A stretch of 50,544 nucleotides of DNA from Chiloscyllium plagiosum (Eukaryota): the NCBI RefSeq assembly GCF_004010195.1, contig NC_057718.1, positions 69,354,851-69,405,394 on the forward strand, written 5' to 3'. Within the stretch, counting starts at the first letter, position 1. Every line of letters starts with the position of its first letter. Shown piece after piece: positions 13,196 to 25,341 of the stretch. The translations under genes were made by a program, and so were the position numbers. The notes beneath the pieces are model-generated. The model worked only from the letters and a program-made list of their open reading frames with translations. It ran no database searches and was not told the origin of the DNA.

Positions 13196-15060
13196 TGTAC
13201 AAATTAGTCCAGTTGAGGTCTCATCAGTGCTCAGTGTAACTGGAGCATAACATTTCTACTTCTGCATCTAATTCCCATTGTGATAAATGATAACAATCTA
13301 TTAGCTTTCTTAATTACTTGCTGTACCTGCATTTTAAATATTTTGTAATCCATGCACTAGGACTCCCACATCTCTCTGCATCTCAGAGCTCTGCAATCTT
13401 CTATCCTTTAGTATGCATTTTTATTCTTAGTATTGAAATTGACACTTTCACATTTTTTACACATTATAGTCAGTCTGTCACATTTTTGCATACCAACTTA
13501 ACCTATCTTTATCTTTTGACAACAGAAATTGCTGAGAAGACAGACCCTGAGTGATCTCTGCTGATTTGCGATTTTTCTGAATTCCCCTCTTTTGTTTCTT
13601 GATTTATCTCTGCTTCTGGAACATTACTTCCATCCACTGTAGTGAAGAGAGATGCTAAACGGCTGTTCAATTAATGTGCTATGTTCTTCATTTCCATTAA
13701 TGATTCACCAAACCCATTTCTATACGACTAATGCTCACTTTATTAACTCTGTTCTTTAGATAATTATATAAACTGGCTATCTGTTTTTATACTTCTGGCT
13801 TGTTCTCTCAAAATCAAATTTGTCCCTCCTTATTAATTTTTTTGTCATATTTTGCAGGTTATTTTTGCTACTATCTAATGTTGCCTTTGCACAGTTAAAT
13901 GCTTTTTCTTTAAGTTTGATTATTATCTGTAACATTTCTAGTTAATCACAAATGGTGTGTTACCATTTGAAATGTTTCTTATTAATTGGAATATATCTAC
14001 TTTCCACATTCTGAAATTTCCCCTGAAATATAACTGCATTTCTACTACTGATTGAAGGCACTGTCTTAGACTATAGATTTTTTTTTGCATGTGGTAAGAC
14101 TCAAATGTGCATGTGTGTAAATTCTGTCATTACCCCGATGCATAGGTGCATTCAAATTGGGGGAAGGCCAACTATAGCAAAATTTGACAGGAGCTGGGGA
14201 ATGTAGATTGGGAGCAGCTGTTTGGAGGCAAATCCACATTGAAATGTGGGGGTGTTAAAGGGAGGTTGATTAGAGTGCAGGAGAGACATGACCTTGTGAA
14301 GAAGAAGGATAGAAATGGCAAGATTAGGGAGTCACATGGTGAACAGATGAAATTGAGATTAGCTAAGCGAAAAATGGATGCGTACGTAAGGTCTAGGCAA
14401 CTGAAAACAGATGAAGCTTTGGAAGAATATTGGGAAAGCAGGACCAAACTGAAGTGAGAAATTAAGAGGGCTAGAAGGGGTCATGAAATATCTTAAGCAA
14501 ATAGGGTTAAGGAAAATCCCAAAGCCTTTTATTCGTATATAAGGAGCAAGAGGGTAATGAGGAAAGGGTTATCCCACTCAAGGACAAAGGAGGAAAGATA
14601 TGCGTGGAGTCAGAGAAAATGGATGAGATTCTTAATGAGTACTTTCGGTCGATATTGACCAAAGAGAGGAACATGACAAATGTTGAAGTTAGGTCAAGTC
14701 AGTATAAGGAGGAAGGAAGTGTTGTGAATTCTAAAAGGCATTAAGATGGACAAGTTCCCAGGTCTGGATAGGATCTATCCCAGGTTACTGAGGGAAGCGA
14801 GAGAGGAAAGAGCTGGGGCCTTAACAGATACCTTTGCAGCATCCTTGAACATGGGTGAGGTCCCGGAGGATTGGAGAATTGCTAATGTTGTTCCCTTGTT
14901 AAAGAAGGGTAGCAGGAATAATCCAGGTAATTATAGACCGATGAATCCAATGTCAGTGGTAGGGAAGTTGCTGGAGAAGATACTGAGCGATTGATTGATT
15001 GATGAGTAAAGGGCTGTAGATGTCATATGCATGGACTTTAGTAAGGCATTTGATAAGTTC

Positions 15061-15186
15061 CTGAAGAAGGGCTAATGCCCGAAACGTCGATTCTCCTGTT
15101 CCCTAGATGCTGCCTGACCTGCTGCGCTTTTCCAGCAACACATTTCCATCTCTGATCTCCAGCATCTGCAGACCTCACTTTCTCCT
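15061..15186 (+). mobile_element. PLE family A 126-bp monomer beginning exactly at the hammerhead core
   Basis: CTGAAGA-a-gggc-taat-gccc-GAAA-CG-TC-gatt; TSD catttgataagttc at 15047-15060 and 15187-15200, inside the CR1 DFSKAFDK motif. Confidence 0.9.
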
Positions 15187-15795
15187 CATTTGATAAGTTC
15201 CCCATGGTAGGCTGATGGAGAAAGTGAAGTTGCATGGGGTCCAGGATATACTAGCCAGATGGATAGAGAACTGGCTGGGCAGCAGGACATAGTAATAGTG
15301 GAAGGGAGTTTCTCAAAATAGAGAATTGTGCCCAGAGGTGTTCCACGGGGATCTAGTGCTGGGATCACTACTGTTTATGATATACATAAATGATGTGGAG
15401 AAATGATTTGGAGGTGCCGGTGTTGGACCAACCTAGCTCCCTGAAAGCCTGTCTAACATCCTCAGCACTCCTCCTACCTATGTCGTTGGTGCCAATGTGG
15501 ACCACGACTTGTGTTCCACGGGGATCTAATGCTGGGATCACTACTGTTTGTGGTATACATAAATGATGTGGAGAAATGATTTGGAGGTGCCGGTGTTGGA
15601 CTGGGGTGTACAAAGTTAAAACTCACACAACACCAGGTTATAGCCCAACAGGTTTATTTGGAAGCACTAGCTTTTTGAGCGCTGCTCCTTCAACAGGTGG
15701 CTGTGGAGTATAAGATCGTAAGACACAGAATTTATAGCAAAAGTTTAGTGTGATGCAACTGAAAGGACATATCGAAAAATACCTGTATTCTTTAA

Positions 15796-16108
15796 GATTA
15801 GATTAGATTACAGTGTAGAAACAGGCCCTTCGGCCCAACAAGTCCACACCGACCCGCCGAAGCGAAACCCACCCATACCCCTACATTTACCCTTTACGTA
15901 ACACTACGGGCAATTTAGTATGGCCAATTCACCTGACCCTGCACATCTTTGTGATGTGGGAGGAAACCGGAGCACCCGGAGGAAACCCACGCAGACACGG
16001 GGAGAACGTGCAAACTCCACACAGTCAGTCGCCTGAGGCGGGAATTGAACCCGGGTCTCTGGCGCTGTGAGGCAGCAGTGCTAACCACTGTGCCACCGTG
16101 CCGCCCAC
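15796..16108 (-). mobile_element. Young HE1-like V-SINE nested in the PLE arm
   Basis: Near-consensus sequence with CpGs retained and a (tagat)n tail. Confidence 0.95.
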
Positions 16109-16435
16109 AAACAGATGAAATTGAGATTAGCTAAGCGAAAAATGGATGCGTACGTCTCTCATCTTTTAGAATGACCCTGTTGGTTTCAGTTCTTTCATAT
16201 GTAAATCCCAGAACCTTTTTTTAAAAGTTACATTCTCAAGTGAACTTTAACAATAGGTGCATGTCAGCTCAGAATGTGCAATGAATGTGTGAGGTTAAAG
16301 TCTGTCTGCCTGTGTCCCAATGTTCAAACTGATTCTATTTTTAAAAAAGGGATTGACAGAATCTTACATAGATTCATGCAGTTTTTGAGCAAAATAAAAT
16401 GTAATTCTGGAACTACAAATTCACCCCACAAACTT

Positions 16436-16910
16436 TGGAAAGATGTTGTGAAACTTAAAAGGGTTCAGAAAAGATTTACAAGGATGTTGCCAGGGTTGGA
16501 GGATTTGAGCTATGGGGAGAGGCTGAACTGACTGGGACTGTTTTCCCTGGAGCGTCGGAGGCTGAGGTGTGACCTTATAGAGGTTTACAAAATTATGAGG
16601 GGTGGGGATAGGATAAATAGGCAAAGTCTTTTCCCTGGGGTCGGATAGTCCAGAACTAGAGGGCATAGGTTTAGGGTGAGTTGGGAAAGATATAAAAGAG
16701 GCAATTTAGCATGGCCAATACACCTGACCTGCACATCTTTGGACTGTGGGAGGAAACCGGAGCACCCGGAGGAAACCCACGCAGACGCGGGGAGAACGTG
16801 CAACCTCCACACAGTCAGTCGCCTGAGGCGGGAATTGAACCCAGGTCTCTGGCGCTGTGAGGCAGCAGTGCTAACCACTGTGCCACCGTGCCGCCACATC
16901 TCTATGACTT
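16436..16910. mobile_element. CR1 3' fragment (+) with a partial V-SINE (-, 16700-16897), nested in the PLE arm
   Basis: KDVVKLKRVQKRFTRMLPGLEDLSYGERLN, then SINE head and V-domain, then a ctctatgact tail. Confidence 0.88.
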
Positions 16911-19461
16911 GTGCGTGTATGCAAGTGGGTGGGTGTGTGTGTCTGTGACAGTGTGTTTGTGTGTGAGTGTAAAGGAGTATAAGTCTGTGAGATGGTGCAT
17001 GTGTGGGTATGACTGTGGGTGGGGGATATGTATGTGTGTGTGTGTATATGAGAGAGGGTCTGCGTGAGTGTATGGGTCTGTAGGAGTGTCTGTGTGTGCG
17101 AGAGAGAGTGTGTAGTGCAGTGGGGTCACCTGTAGTGAGATATGAACCCAATGTCCCGGTTGAGGCCATTCTTATGGGTACTGAACTTGACCGAGCAGAG
17201 GCTAGTAGCCACATGTTGTTGCCTGTCCCAAACTCCGCCTTGGAGGATGGTCACACGAAGATTTGAGGCCAAATGTCCCTGACTGGGAGGGAACACGCCT
17301 GCCTGGAGATTGTTGTGCAGTGTCCATTCATCCGTTGTCGTAGCCTCTGCTCGGTCTCACCAACATACCATGCCTCGGCTTCCTTGCCTGCAGTGTATGA
17401 GATGGACGACATTGGCCGAGGCATATGAGTACCTGCTGCGTATGTGGTGGGTGGTGTCACCACGGGTAATGGTGGTATCCGTGTCCACACTCTGACACGT
17501 CTTGCAGTGACTGCTGTGACAGGGTTGTATGGTGTTGTTCTGAAAGCCAGGCACTTTGCTGTGAACAATGGTCTGTTTGACGTTTGGTGTTGTCTAGAGG
17601 TGAGAAGTGGAGGCGTGGAGAAGGGCTTGGCGAGGTGCTTATCCTCATCAATAATGTGTTGTAGGCTGCGAAGAACATGGCGTAGTTTCTCTGCTTCTGG
17701 GAAGTACTGGATAACGAAGAGTACCTTGCAGGCAAGGATGCCCTGAGGCATGGTACATTGGCAAGACCTAGCAGAGGCTATGGCAACGGATGAATGGACA
17801 CTGCGCAACAATCACCAGGCAGGGGAACACTATAGTGGTCCGGGACATTCGGCCTCAGACCTTTGGGTGCCTATCCTCCAAAGTGGACTTTGGGACAGGC
17901 AACAACTCTAGGTGGCTGAGCAGACACTGATAGCCAAGTTTGGTACCCATGGGGATGGCCTCAATCAGGACCTTGGATTCATGTCATATGCAGGTGACCC
18001 GATTGCACTATACACACAAGCACATGCACACACACTCCTACAGATCCATACACTCACGCAGACGCTTTCTCATACACAAACTCTCTTGCATATGCGCACA
18101 TGTATACACTCACACCCGCACATGCACCCTCTCAGACTTCTACCCCTTTACACTCACACACAAACACATACGCACACTCTCTCACAGACACTCACTCTCA
18201 CCCACCCAACCCCCGCCTCTCACACACACACCCACATGCATACACAAGTTTGTGGGGTGAATTTGTAGTTGCAGAATTACATTTTATTTTGCTCAAAAAC
18301 TGCATGAATCCATGTAGGATCCTGTAAATCCCTTTTTTAGAAATAGAATCAGTCTGAACACTGGGGCACAGACAGACGGACTTTAACCTCACACCTTCAT
18401 TGCATAATCTGAGCTGACATGGGACCTATTGTTAAAGTTCACTTGAGAATGTAACTTTTAAAAAAAAGTTCTGGGATTTACATATGAAAGAACTGAAACC
18501 AACAGGGTCATTCTAAAAGATGAGAGACTTAAAGAACTCAGGTCTTTTTCAATACATCCTTTCAGTTGCATCACACTAAACTTTTGCTATAAATTTTGTG
18601 TCTTAAGATATTAAACTTTACAAAATCTAATGCTTCCAAATAACCCTGTTGGGCTATAACCTGGGATGTGGAGAAAGGTATAGGTGTTCTGATTAGCAAG
18701 TTTGCAGCTGAAGCTAAGATTGGTGGAGCAGTAGATAGTGAAGGGGACTGTCAGAAAATGCAACAAAAAATATATAGATTGAAGAGTTGAGTGGAGAAAT
18801 AGCAGATGGAGTTTAATCCGGGCAAATGTGAGGTGATGTATTTTGGAAGATTCAATTCAAGAGCGAACTACATGATAAATGGAAAAGCCCTGTGGAAAAC
18901 TGATGTACTGAGAGACTGGATGTTCAGATCCATTGTATCCTGAAGGGGACAACACAGGTCAATAGAGTTGTCAAGAAGGCACACGGCATGCTTTCCTTTA
19001 TTGGATGAGGTATTGAGTACAACAGTAGGCAGGTCATGTTGCAATTGTATAGAACTTTGGTTCAGCCACATTTAGAATGTTCTGGTCGTCTCATTACCAA
19101 AAGGATGTGGCTACTTTGAGGAGGGTGCAGAGGAGGTTCACCAGGGATGTTGCCTGGTATGGATGGTCCTAGATACGAAGACAGCTTGAGTAGATTATGA
19201 TTATTTTCATTAGAAATACAGAGGTGGTGGTGGGGGGGGGGGGGGGGGGGGAGGCAGCCAGAGATCTATAAAATCATGAGAGGTATAGATAGGGTGGATA
19301 GTAAGAAGCGTTTTCCCCCAGAGTGGGGTTCTCAATTACTAGGGACCATGAGTTCAAGGTGAGAGGGGAAAAGTTTAAGGAAGATATGCATGGAAGGTTC
19401 TTTACGCAGAAGGTGGTGGGTGCCTGGATCAAATTGCCAGCGGAGGGGGGCATGATAGCAT

Positions 19462-22400
19462 CATAGAACATAGAAACGTACAGCATAGAACATAGAAACG
19501 TACAGCACAGAACAGGCCCTCAGGCCCATGATGTTGTGCTGAGACTTAATCCTAATGTAAACTATAGTAGCTTAACCTACACACCCCTCAACTCACTGCT
19601 ATCCATGTGCATGTCCAGCAGTCACTTAAATGTCCCCAATGACCTCGCTTCCACCACCTCAGCTGGCAAAGCATTCCATGCATTCACAACTCTCTGCGTA
19701 AAGAACCTACCTTTGATGTCTCCTTTATACCTTCCTCCTAATGTCTTCAAATTATGACCCCTCGTGCCAGTCAATCCTGCCCTGGGGAAAGGTCTCTGGC
19801 TATTGACTCTATCTATTCCTCTCATTACTTTGTACACCTCGATCAGGTCTCCTGTCTTCCTCCTTCTCTCCAGAGAGAAAAGTCCGAGCTTATTCAACCT
19901 TTCTTCATAAGGCAAGCCCTCTAGTCCAGGTACCATCCTGGTAAACCTTCTTTGCACCTTCTCCAAAGCCTCTGTGTCTTTCCTATAGTAGGGCAACCAG
20001 AACTGGACACAATATTCCAAGTGTGGTCTCACCAGGGACTTGTAGAGCTGCAGCAAAAACTCGCGGGTCTTAAACTCGATCCCCCTGTTAATGAAAGCCA
20101 AAACACCATATGCTTTCTGAACAACCCTATAAACTTGGGTGGCAACTTTGAGGGATCTATGCACTTACACACCCAGATCCCTCTGTTCCTCCACACTGCC
20201 AAGAATCCTGTCTTTAATCCTATATTCAGCATTCGAGTTTGACCTTCCAAAATGTATCACTTTGCATTTATCCAGGATGAACTCCATCTGCCATTTCTCA
20301 GCCCTGCTCTGCGTCTTGTCTTTGTCGTGCTGCAGCCTGCAGTAGCCCTCTATATTATCGACGACACCTCCAACCTTTGTATTATCTGCAAATTTACTAA
20401 CCCACCCCTCAACCTCCTCATCCAAGTCATTTATAAAAACTACAAAGAGCAGAGGCCCAAGAACAGAGCCCTGTGGGACCCCACTCAACACTGACCTCCA
20501 GCAGAATACTTTCCATCTACAACCACTCTCTGCCTTCTGTCAGCCAGCCAATTCTGAATCCAGATAGCCACATCTCCCTGTATCCTATACTTCCTGACTT
20601 TATGAATGAGCCTACCATGGGGAACCCTATCAAATACCTTGCTGAAATCCATATACACCACATCCACTGCTTTACCGTCGTAGACCTGTCTTGACACCTC
20701 CTCAAAGAACTCAATAAGATTTGTGAGGCATGACCTGCCCCTCACAAAGCTACGCTGACTGCCTTTAATCACACTATGCTTTGTCAAACAGTCATAAATC
20801 CTATTCCTCAGAATTCATTCCACAGCTTTGCTGACCACAGACGTAAGACTGACTGGTCTGTAATTGCCAGGGATTTCCCTATTACCCTTCTTGAAAAGTA
20901 GAACATCATTCGCCTCCTTCCAATCCTCCGGTACGACTCCTGTGGAGAGTGAGGAGGCAAAGATCCTCGCCAGCGGCTTAGCAACCTCCTTTCTCGCTTC
21001 CTGGAGCAGCCTAGGATAAATCTGGTCTGGCCCTGGGGACTTATCAATCTTAATGTTTTCCAAAATTTCTAGCACATCATCTTCATCAATCTTGATCTGG
21101 TTAAGACTGTATCCCAGCTCCTCTAAGTTTTCATTTATAACAAGTTCCCTTTCCTTGGTGAAAACCGAAACAAAAAACTCATTTAGGGCTTTCCCTATCT
21201 GCTCAGACTCCATGCACAAGTTCCCTCCACTATCCCTGATTAGCCCTACCTTCTCCCTGATCATTCTCTTATTCCTCACATATGAGTAAAATACCTTTGA
21301 GTTCTCCCTAATCCTTCTTGCCAAGTCTTTTTCGTGTCCCCTCCTGGCTCCCCTCAGTCCATTTCTGAGCTCCTTTCTAGCAAGCCTGTAATCCTCTAAA
21401 GCTGTGCTAGATCCTTGCTTTCTCCTCCTGACGTAAGCTGCCTTCTTCCTTTTGACGAGAAGCTCCTCTGTTCTCGTCATCCAAGGTTCCTTAATCTTAC
21501 CCCTTCTTACCTGTCTCAGAGGAACAAATTTGTGCATCACTCGCAACAACTGTTCCTTAAATAGTCTCCACATGTCTGCTGTGCCCTTTCTGTGGAACAA
21601 TTGCTCCCAGTCTGTACTTCCCAACTCCTGTCTGATAGCCTCATAACTTCCTTTTCCCCAATTAAATATCTTCCCTCGGTAACTGCACCTTTCACTCTCC
21701 AAGGCTATGCTAAATGTGAGGCAGTTGTGATCACTTTCACCAAAGTGCTCTCCCACCATGAGATCTGACACCTGTTGCCGAGCACCAAATCCAAAATGGC
21801 CTCTCCCCTTGTCAGTCTGTCTACATTCTGAGTAAGGAAACCCTCTTCGACACACCTGACAAAAACAGCTCCATCCAAACCATCTGCACTTACGAGGTTC
21901 CAGTCGATATTGGGAAAGTTGAAATCATCCATAACCAAACCCTGCTACTTTTGCATTTTTCCCAGAATCTGCCCGCCTATGAGATGTTCAATCTCTCTAC
22001 TGCTATTAGGTGGTCTGTAGAAAACCCCCAATGCAGTGGCTGTTTCTTTGCCGTTCCTAACTTCCACCCATACAGACTCAGTAGACAAACCTTCCTCAAC
22101 CACCTTGGTTTCTGTAGCTGTGATGTACTCACTGATTAGCAATGCTACACCCCCTCCTCTTTTTCCACCCTCCTGTTCTTTTTAAACATTCTAAACCCTG
22201 GAACATCAAGCAACCATCAATGCCCCTGTGAAAACCACGTCTTCGTTATGGCCACAACATCATAGCCCCAAGTACTGAACCATGCTCTGAGTTTGTCACT
22301 CTTATTCTGGACACTCCTTGCATTAAAGCAGACACACTTTAACCGATCCCTTTGTTTCATTGTGTGAGAAACCTTCCTGATAGATTCAATATATTCTGTC

Positions 22401-22478
22401 ACTGTTCTGTCTGCAACTGACCCCCTCTCAGACATGTGGCTCCGATTCTCACCCCCCTGCCAAACTAGTTTAAACCCT
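19462..22478 (-). mobile_element. Near-complete CR1/HER1-type LINE ORF2 (APE endonuclease + RT), frameshifted
   Basis: CFNARS, YDVVAITKTW, GVFYRPPNS, DFNFPNIDW, KSPGPDQIYPRLL, NYRPVSLTS, MDFSKVFDRVPH, GVPQGSVLGPLLF, KFADNTK, LVRPHLEYCVQFW; (tatgttc)n-type tail. Confidence 0.97.
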
Positions 22479-22479
22479 T

Positions 22480-22632
22480 TAAGATATATCTCGGCAGATG
22501 CATGAATAGGCAGGGAGCAGAGTGATACAGATCCTTAGAAAATAGGCGACAGGTTTAGATAGAGGATCTGGATCGGTGCAGGTTAGGAGGGCCGAAGGGC
22601 CTGTTCCTGTGCTGTAATTTTCTTTGTTCTTT
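22480..22632 (+). mobile_element. CR1 3' tail fragment
   Basis: gagggccgaagggcctgttcctgtgctgtaattttctttgttctttgt terminal motif. Confidence 0.75.
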
Positions 22633-24480
22633 GTATTGCATACTTTTCAACACCATGCATGTGTGATTTGCCATTGGCATTGCACATGGGCAGAATGGAA
22701 CAAGTGGAAATTCTATTAAAAGACAGACTGCAACACATGTTCAGAACTTTAAAACCCACTTTTTTGTGCATGTTTAATAATCTTTTTTCTTTTCAATGTG
22801 GAGAAAGAAGTGCAGGCAAATAAGATAAGAGTTAATGGGATTGAAAGTTCATAAATCCCCGAGATGATGATTGACATTCCTTTTTTTTGTAAAGCGATGT
22901 CTATAGAGATAATGGATATGTTGGTGATCTTCATTCAAATTTGATTGATTTTGGACACTGCCTGCAAATACAACCATGAGGTTGGATGGAGAAAATGGGG
23001 AACTATAGACTTGTTAGCCTGATATGTGTAATAGGCAAAACACTAGAACCTACTAAAGAATGTGATAACTGGACATACCATCTGATTGGGCAAAGCAGCA
23101 CAGATTTCTGTTCTGATGGAGAAATCATGTTTGACAAACATTTTAGAGCTTTTTGAGGATGTTACTAGCAGATTAGGTAAGGAGGAACCAGTGGATATGG
23201 TGATTTAGATTTTCAGAAAGGTTTCAGTAAGGTCCCACAAAGGTGGTTAGTAAACAAAATGAGAGCACATTGTCAGCAAATAACTGACATTGATTGAGGG
23301 TTGGTTAATAGACAAAAAAGCGAGTAGGGATAAATTGTCCATTCTCAAGCTGGCAAGCTCTGACTCATACTGTGCTGCAAGGATTCATGCTCAGACCCCA
23401 GCTGTTCATGATCTGTGTCCATGATTTCCATGTCTGGGCCAAACATAACATTTCAAAGTTTGCAGATGACACAAACCTAGATGGGAATGTGTGTTGTAAG
23501 GATCATGCACAAAGTTTTATGAGTTTTGGATAGGTTGAGTGAGTGGATAAGGACATGGCAAATGGACTAGCATGTGGATAAATGTGAGGTCATCCACTTT
23601 GCTTGGAGAATGGCTTATTACTCAAGTAGTGAGAAATTGGAAGTATGCCCATAAGGACCCAGATGTCTTAAAACATCATTGAAAAATAATATGCAGATGC
23701 AGCCAGCAATTAGAAAGGAAATGATACACTGGACCTTATTGCAAGGGGGGTTGAGTACAGGAACAAAGACATCTTGTTGATGCATTTTCAAATTGCCTGT
23801 AAGGATCAGTGATTTGTTTTGAACTATTACAAAATATTAATGATATGAATAAAGCAAAAAGCACTGAGCCTAACATTGCTAACAATATAAAGGTCAGAGG
23901 CATTTGTAAACTGAGTAGCTGACACAAAAAGGTGACCAAGTGCTATATTGTCCTGTTAGGCACTCACTCACTAACGATTATATTGGTTCACCAAGGCAAC
24001 ACTGTGTCGCTGGTCATCTGTTCTGTGTGTTCTTGTGTAGCTGATGAGCCCAATCCTAGAGCTACATCTCCAAACGCACATTTGGCAGGTGCTTCTGGGA
24101 AATGGAATTGGTCCTTGGCTATATGTAGGACAAGTGAATGAACAACTTGGCAGTAAATATAATGTGTGGGTGTTTAAGGTTATTTGTTCTAACAGTAAGA
24201 ACAGAAACAGAGAGGTTTTTAAAAAGACAAGACACTTTGTAAATGCTGATGTTCATATATTCAAAGCTGAGATAGACAGATGCTTGATTTCCACCATCAA
24301 TTTGATCACAAAGTTAGCATGCATATACAGCAAGCAAGTAGGAAATCAAATTTCATGATGGCCATTGTTGCAAAGGCAGTGGATTATAAGATATTGCTAC
24401 TCAAGAGACTACACCTGGAGTGTACAAAGTTAAAAATCACACAACATCAGATTATAGTCCAACGGGTTTAATCGGAAGCA

Positions 24481-24515
24481 CACTAGCTTTCGGAGCGCCG
24501 CTCCTTCGTCAGGTG
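24481..24515 (-). ncRNA. Minimal type I hammerhead ribozyme, intact core
   Basis: Reverse complement reads CAC-CTGACGA-a-GGAGC-ggc-GCTCC-GAAA-GC-TA^GTG; stems I and II pair and the AGCT palindrome forms stem III. Confidence 0.8.
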
Positions 24516-25306
24516 ATTGTGGAGGACACAATTCTAAGGCACAGAATTTATAACACACACACTAAACACACACACAGGCACTCCTATACATACGGACACA
24601 CATATGCACAGATACGCACACAGACACTCACACTAACCCTTACAGACACACACACACCCACATTCACACAGGCATCCTCTCAGAGACTTAGACCACTCTA
24701 CACTCATGCACACAAATATACACTCTCTCTCACAGACACTCACAACCCCCCAACCCAAACACACACACACACACATGCACCCCCTCACAGACACTTAAGA
24801 CACTACACTCATTACACACACATATACACTCTCTCTCACACTCAACTCCCAACCCAGATAGACACACACACACAGACAGACAAAGACCCACATGCACACA
24901 CATTTTGTGGGGTGAATTTGTACTTGCAGAGTTATATTGTACTTTGCTCAAAAACTGCATGAATTCAGGTAAACCTCTGAGCTCAAAAACTGCATGAATT
25001 CATGTAAAACTCTGTTATCTCACTTTTTAGATTAGAATCAATCTAAACATCATGGCATAAACAGAGAACGCAGAGGGCTAACACCTTCAACATATTGTCT
25101 AGCTAACACCCATTGTTACAGCTAACCTGAGAATGCAACTTTTTAAAAAAAGGTTTGGTGATTTACACATGAAAGAAGTGAAACTATCATGGTATTTGAA
25201 CAGATGAAAGACTCAACAGACAATCAAGGTATTTGTCGATGTATAATTTCAGTTACATCACACTGTAAATTTTTGCTATAAATTCTGTGCTTTAGTCCTC
25301 CACAAT

Positions 25307-25341
25307 CATCTGATGAAGGAGCGTCGCTCCGAAAGCTAATG
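25307..25341 (+). ncRNA. Minimal type I hammerhead ribozyme, intact core
   Basis: CAT-CTGATGA-a-GGAGC-gtc-GCTCC-GAAA-GC-TA^ATG. Confidence 0.8.

Larger units (their letters stand above)
11510..14050 (-). mobile_element. Very old CR1 LINE remnant hosting younger insertions
   Basis: Scattered CR1 ORF2-like reverse-strand phrases similar to 2310-4995. Confidence 0.5.
15577..18664 (-). mobile_element. Penelope-like element family B (Neptune-like GIY-YIG) with a long inverted arm
   Basis: Minus strand: QHIIDEDKHLAKPFSTPPLL, PCHSSHCKTCQ, NVVHLIHC, AWYVGETEQRLRQRMNGH. A plus-strand inverted copy spans about 17728-18664. TSD gatgtggagaaa at 15565-15576 and 18665-18676. Confidence 0.9.
14155..19460 (+). 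mobile_element. CR1 LINE ORF2 (14155-15576 and 18665-19460), split by nested insertions
   Basis: DKFPGLDRIYPRLLRE...VPEDWRIANVVPLLKKG..NPGNYRP; MDFSKAFDK; resumes after 18665 with ISKFA and continues to the 3' region. Confidence 0.9.

Noticed and set aside
16585..24962. His/Thr-rich ORFs (16585-17214, 17912-18268, 24420-24962)
   Set aside because: They are translations of CA-rich repeat and SINE sequence.
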